Source of the DNA: Phyllosticta citribraziliensis
Lineage: Eukaryota
Direction: 5' to 3'
DNA length: 64,000 bases
Assembly: GCF_038025025.1 (NCBI RefSeq)
Contig: NW_027117349.1
Span: forward strand, 1,178,001 to 1,242,000
In this document: positions 62,780-64,000 of the stretch, in pieces
How positions within the stretch are numbered: position 1 is the first letter of the stretch
Layout: each line of letters starts with the position of its first letter
The notes under the pieces: generated by a model
Database searches by the model: none
The model's input: the letters and a program-made list of their open reading frames with translations, nothing else
Told to the model about the DNA's origin: nothing
Made by a program: the position numbers and the translations under genes

Positions 62780-64000
62780 TAGTACTAGGCTAAAAGTGTT
62801 TACTTAATTAGCTAATAATATAGAATATAAAATTATATACTTATATTCCCCCCCCCCCCCCTTTACTTTACTACTACTATAGCTCTATATACTCTATTAG
62901 TATAAGTCTTTAGTATTTAAGAGTATTATAAGGAGCTTACTCTAATTTAAAGAGCTCTTATTATTTTATCCTACTATTCTAATAAGAAAGCCTTAGTAAT
63001 TACTTCTAAGCTTTTTATACTACTTTTAATAGTTAAATATACCTTATAAAACTCTATATCTAACTATAGTAGTATATCTAAAGTATATACTAGTTAGCTA
63101 AGGGCTATATTAGATTAAGATAAATAGGTTATTATCTAAGAAGTATAAAAAAATCTAAAGGTAATATATACCTAGCTCTATAATTTATATAGGCTAATAG
63201 TATTATCTAAAACCTACTACTATATTCTTAAATAGTATAATATTACTAATTAGAAGGTAGCTAAGTAGCCCTTCCTTATAATTATATATATAGCTATTTA
63301 ACTTACTTAGGCTAAGGTATAGTATAACTAGACTATAGTAGATTAGGCTAAATTTATCTAGTCTAATAAGTACTCTATAAAGTATAATAAGGGTAAATAA
63401 TATAAATAGGTCTTCTATATACTAGACTAGAAGTAGAAGTAGGAAATAATTAATATATATAAGAAAGAAAAGAATATATTAATTATAGTCTAAGTAGTAT
63501 TTTCTAGTACTCTTAAAAGGAGTAATCTCTTTATAATAATAAGGGATCTAGAGATAAAGAGAAAGGGCTACTCTATTAACTCCTATCTTTAAATTTTAGA
63601 TAAAATAATCCCTACTTTATAGGAACCTAGTATAACCTTTATATAGGATAATACCCCTATCTTTAAGTTAAAGAAGGTTATAAAATAGTTTAAAACTATA
63701 GGTATACCCCTTATTAATTAGCCCCTCTACTTACTAGATCTTAACCTAATTAAATACCTCTAATAGTATCTTAAAAGAGAGGTCTATTATACCTACTCTA
63801 ACCTCCTAATACTTATTAGTAGGGAAGAGTATATTAAAGAGGAGCTAAGAAAAGCTTTAAAGAAAGTCTAAAATAATTTACTATAGTAGTATTTTAATAA
63901 TATCTTAGAAAGTATACCTAGGAGAGTAGTAGTAGTAATTATAGTAGAGGGGTAGTATATAAAATATTAAACTAGTAGAAAAATTTAAAATACTTTAAAT
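62780..64000 (+). mobile_element. RIP-inactivated Tc1/mariner (impala-like DDE) DNA transposon; right end lies beyond the window
   Basis: Transposase relics FI*SNKYSI (from FIWSDECSV, ~63355), FI*DNTPI (from FMQDNAPI), *PLYLLDLNLIKYL (from WPPYSPDLNPIEHL), ending EG*YIKY* at 63970. Candidate left end is TA followed by TAGTACTAGGCTAAAAGT, a RIP form of a CAGT...AAAAGT Tc1-type TIR. Confidence 0.85.

Larger units (their letters stand above)
51990..64000. other. AT-rich block saturated by RIP (repeat-induced point mutation)
   Basis: Abrupt switch to TpA-rich sequence. CpA/TpG and CpG are nearly absent (rare exceptions at about 56534, 61336 and 62797). The track shows no ORFs. Recognisable TE proteins are riddled with TAG/TAA at Trp/Gln/Arg positions. 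Confidence 0.95.

Noticed and set aside
1..64000. tRNA, rRNA, riboswitch or secondary-metabolite cluster
   Set aside because: No such motifs were recognised by eye, and the genes are functionally unrelated housekeeping and regulatory loci. A covariance-model scan was not possible.

Overview
Eukaryotic DNA from a filamentous ascomycete (Pezizomycotina; a Dothideomycete is plausible but cannot be confirmed from sequence alone). Positions 1 to ~51,990 are GC-rich and microsatellite-rich, with about 15 mostly intron-containing genes: a CENP-B-like HTH protein, RBG1/DRG GTPase, cysteine dioxygenase, a GT90/CAP10-like glycosyltransferase, an alpha/beta hydrolase, glycogenin, a DFG10-like reductase, a Hos4-like ankyrin protein, a single-pass membrane protein, TeaR, RPS12, a GRGGAGN-repeat protein, PacC, the ADP/ATP carrier and a Pro/Ala-rich protein. 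From ~51,990 to the end is an AT-rich block saturated by RIP. It holds a full-length chromodomain Ty3/Gypsy element (LTRs 53577-54165 and 61918-62502, with an extra ~2.2 kb internal region), a Tc1/impala-like transposon and an unclassified relic. The strongest lead is a TGA-CTAG stop in the GRGGAGN-repeat gene followed by 136 in-frame coding-like codons, a candidate for programmed readthrough. Other leads: a GSG tail stranded behind the AAC stop, a long hairpin in an AAC intron between two micro-exons, an alternative glycogenin C-terminus, two GC-AG first introns, and a dense GCCARG cluster upstream of pacC. All exon structures were derived by eye; no database searches or computations were run.
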